Assembly: GCA_016702305.1 (NCBI GenBank)
Contig: JADJEH010000001.1
Span: 395,797-459,796 of the forward strand
Direction: 5' to 3'
Source of the DNA: a bacterium
Lineage (GTDB): Bacteria > Electryoneota > RPQS01
Length of the DNA stretch: 64,000 bases
Shown here piece after piece: positions 33,801 through 36,800 of the stretch; position 1 is the first letter of the stretch; each line of letters starts with the position of its first letter. The position numbers and the translations under genes are program-made. Under the pieces are notes generated by a model that worked only from the letters and a program-made list of their open reading frames with translations, was not told the origin of the DNA and did no database searches.

Positions 33801-36800
33801 GGCTTGGGACGAGGCCGGAAACTGCAGCGAACATGCGATCACGATCTATGTGGAAGACTCGCAGTTCCAGCGCGCTTGCATCGTTGGCTTCGACGCCGAC
33901 AATGAATTCGCTTGCAACGACTACCTGTACGCCGTGACCGACGACTGCGATACGAACTGGACCGCTCAGGTGCAGTTCCAGATCTCGCTGAACCAGGGCG
34001 GATCGTGGATCCCGCTGGCTGACGCGGTGAACACCCGTGTTGACCAGTGCAACGAATGGCTCGGTTGGCACCTGTGGCAGATCACCCTCGAATTCGACGA
34101 ATACCCGGCCAATGCATGGTTCCGTGCCGTCGCCTGGGATGAAAGCGGCAACGTGGATCCGAACGCGGCGATCTGGCGTCGTCAAGACGTCACCGTCACG
34201 GAAGAAGTCCAGATCTGGACGCCGGACTGGGTGCGTGTCCCGAGCAACGGTGAACAGCAGCCGTGGGTCCTGACCACGTTGGAAGACTATACCGAAAACT
34301 GCCTGATCGAGGCTGGTGTGGTGTGCATCGAGCCGGAGGCTGGTTCCAGCTTCTACGCCGGTGAACTGCCGCTGAACACCAGACCGTGCCAGCTGGAAGA
34401 CGAAGATGGTCAAATCACGGTCTTCACCTCGAACAAGGTGCAGCAGGGTGATAACATCTTCACGCAGATCACGACCTACTCCATGGATATCCATGAAGCC
34501 AATTACCAGGGTGGTTCGAACGGCACGCTCGTCAGCGAAGACGGCGCCCTCGAAGTGACCATCCCGGCATGGGGCACCGGCTGGGCCGGCTCCCTGTGGT
34601 TCGAGTCGTATCTGCCGTCGCAGTCGCACAGCCTCGTGCCGGCTTACCAGTACTACTACACTCTGATCTCGAACGTTGTGGAAATCCAGAGCGACGACCT
34701 TGACGATCTGGATATCGTCCAGCCCGCGTCGTCCTTCCGTATGCACTTCGACAACAGCCTGCTTCCGGAAAATGCGGAAGAATGGCAGGTGGTCGTGGCC
34801 TACTGGAACTGGGATGATGAAGATGAATCCGGCCAGTACAACGGTATGTGGCAGGAGTGGGGCATCACCTACAACGACCGCGATCTTGAAAACGGCATCG
34901 TTGACTTCCAGTGGACGCCGGATTGGGATGTATCCGATCTGACGAGCGTTTGCCCGGATCGTGCGCGCTTTGCGGTGTTCATCACCTCGATTCGCCCGAT
35001 CAGTGAAAACGTCCATCTGAACAACGGTGGCGACTGCGACCCGTCCTACGACGAATCCGGTCTCAACTACTACAACGGCGTGCCGGTCACTGACTGCAAC
35101 CCGCAGTGGTGGGTGGTCCTCGGCCAGGGCGAATACCCGCCGACGCCGGACCGTGTGGACGTGTGGCTTGATGGTATCCGCATCGTGAACGATGGCGAGC
35201 CGGCGTACACGGAAGGCTGGTACGAAGAGAATCAGTGCGACGGCTATGACGTCTTCATCATCGACTACGACGAAATCACGGGCATCATGGCCGTGTCGTT
35301 CAACCCCGATGCGAATTCGTGCGGCCCGTGGTTCGGTTGCCTGACGCAAGGCACCCACACCATCCAGTACTACCTGGATGACCGCCCGACTAACGTGACG
35401 CCGTTCTACGTGGATCTTACGCCGCCGACCGCGCATACCGAACCGACCTACATTGGTGATGTCAGCATCACGCTGTGGGCCGACCTGGTGGACCGCGAAT
35501 CCGGTATTGATACCGTGAGCGTTTACCTTGACCTCGCCAACTGCGGCGTCGAGAACAGCCAATACGTGCACGAAGTGACAGCTGAAGCCATGACCTTCGA
35601 GCCCATCTATGAAGACGAAGCCCTGATCGGTTACCGCGCCTCTGTGACTGTGCAGTGGGACGGCCTGATTGACAACATCTTCTACGATTGGTACGACGAA
35701 GAGACAGGCTACTACTTCGGTACGGATTGCCCGCTGACGCTGTGCGCTCACTGGCACGTCTACAACAACGTCTGCAACTACAACGATGAGACCCAGGATT
35801 ATCGTTACACGGTGGACATCGTGCCGCCGGTCATCACGCCTGTGTCGCCGATTGGCGCCGCAATTGACGATGACGGCGACGGTACGCCGAACGAAGATCC
35901 GGTGGACTGCTCGAATAATGACGGCGACTTCTTCTGGACCCATGATTGGGGCTGGTCGGATCGCTACGACGAAGATCCGATCAACTTCGCGGCTGACACG
36001 TTCAACTGTGGCGAGCGTCTGCCGATCCAGGGTTCGATCAGCGATTGGGGCCGCTGCTGCTACGGAGCCGCCGGCGTCAACCTGAGTGGTGTCCAGTTCG
36101 TCATTGACGGTGTCGCCTTCACGGCCGCCGACACGACGAATGAAGGCCTGAACTTCTTCATCAACTCGCCTGGCCAGAATGACTTCGTCTTCAACTTCGG
36201 CGGTCCGACCTCCGGTGAAGCCGCGGACATGTTCTACACGCCTGGACCGCACAGTGTCGCGATGTTTGTCCCGGATAACGCGGGTAACATCGGTACGACG
36301 GACGCCCAGTCCATCACGTGGAACTACTACGTGGCCTGCCCGGGACCGGCTGTTGACTTCAACGAAGGTGCCTGTGGTACGTGGTTCAATCCGGAATACG
36401 ATTCGGAGAACCCGGTCGAGTTCAACTTCATCGTGACGACGGTGGCGAGCGCCCCGATCGCGCCGAACGGTATTAGCTACACGGTCTCGACTGTTCCTGA
36501 TGGCATCGTCGTCAGCGGTCCGACCACGGTTGATCCGGCCGGTGAAGACACGGTGGAAGTCGAAGTGATGTTGGACGGTTCGTTCCCGGATGGTCAGACC
36601 GGCTTGGCCGTGACCGTCGAGACGCGTAATATTCACTTCGTTGCCGGCGGCGACAATAACGGTTACAACATGTCGGCCCAGACCTATACGGCAGACGGTT
36701 GCGAGCCGGTTGAGACCGCGCACTTCCCGGCCACTGACGACAGTGTCCAGAATGAAGGCAACGTGGTGGTCGAAGTTCAATACAACGATGATTGCAACGG

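Noticed and set aside
33571-36780. A 1,069-aa minus-strand ORF inside the giant gene (similar cases at 18520..20052, 16612..17229, 37780..38760)
   Set aside because: These are codon-aligned antisense frames of the sense ORF with no independent coding evidence.
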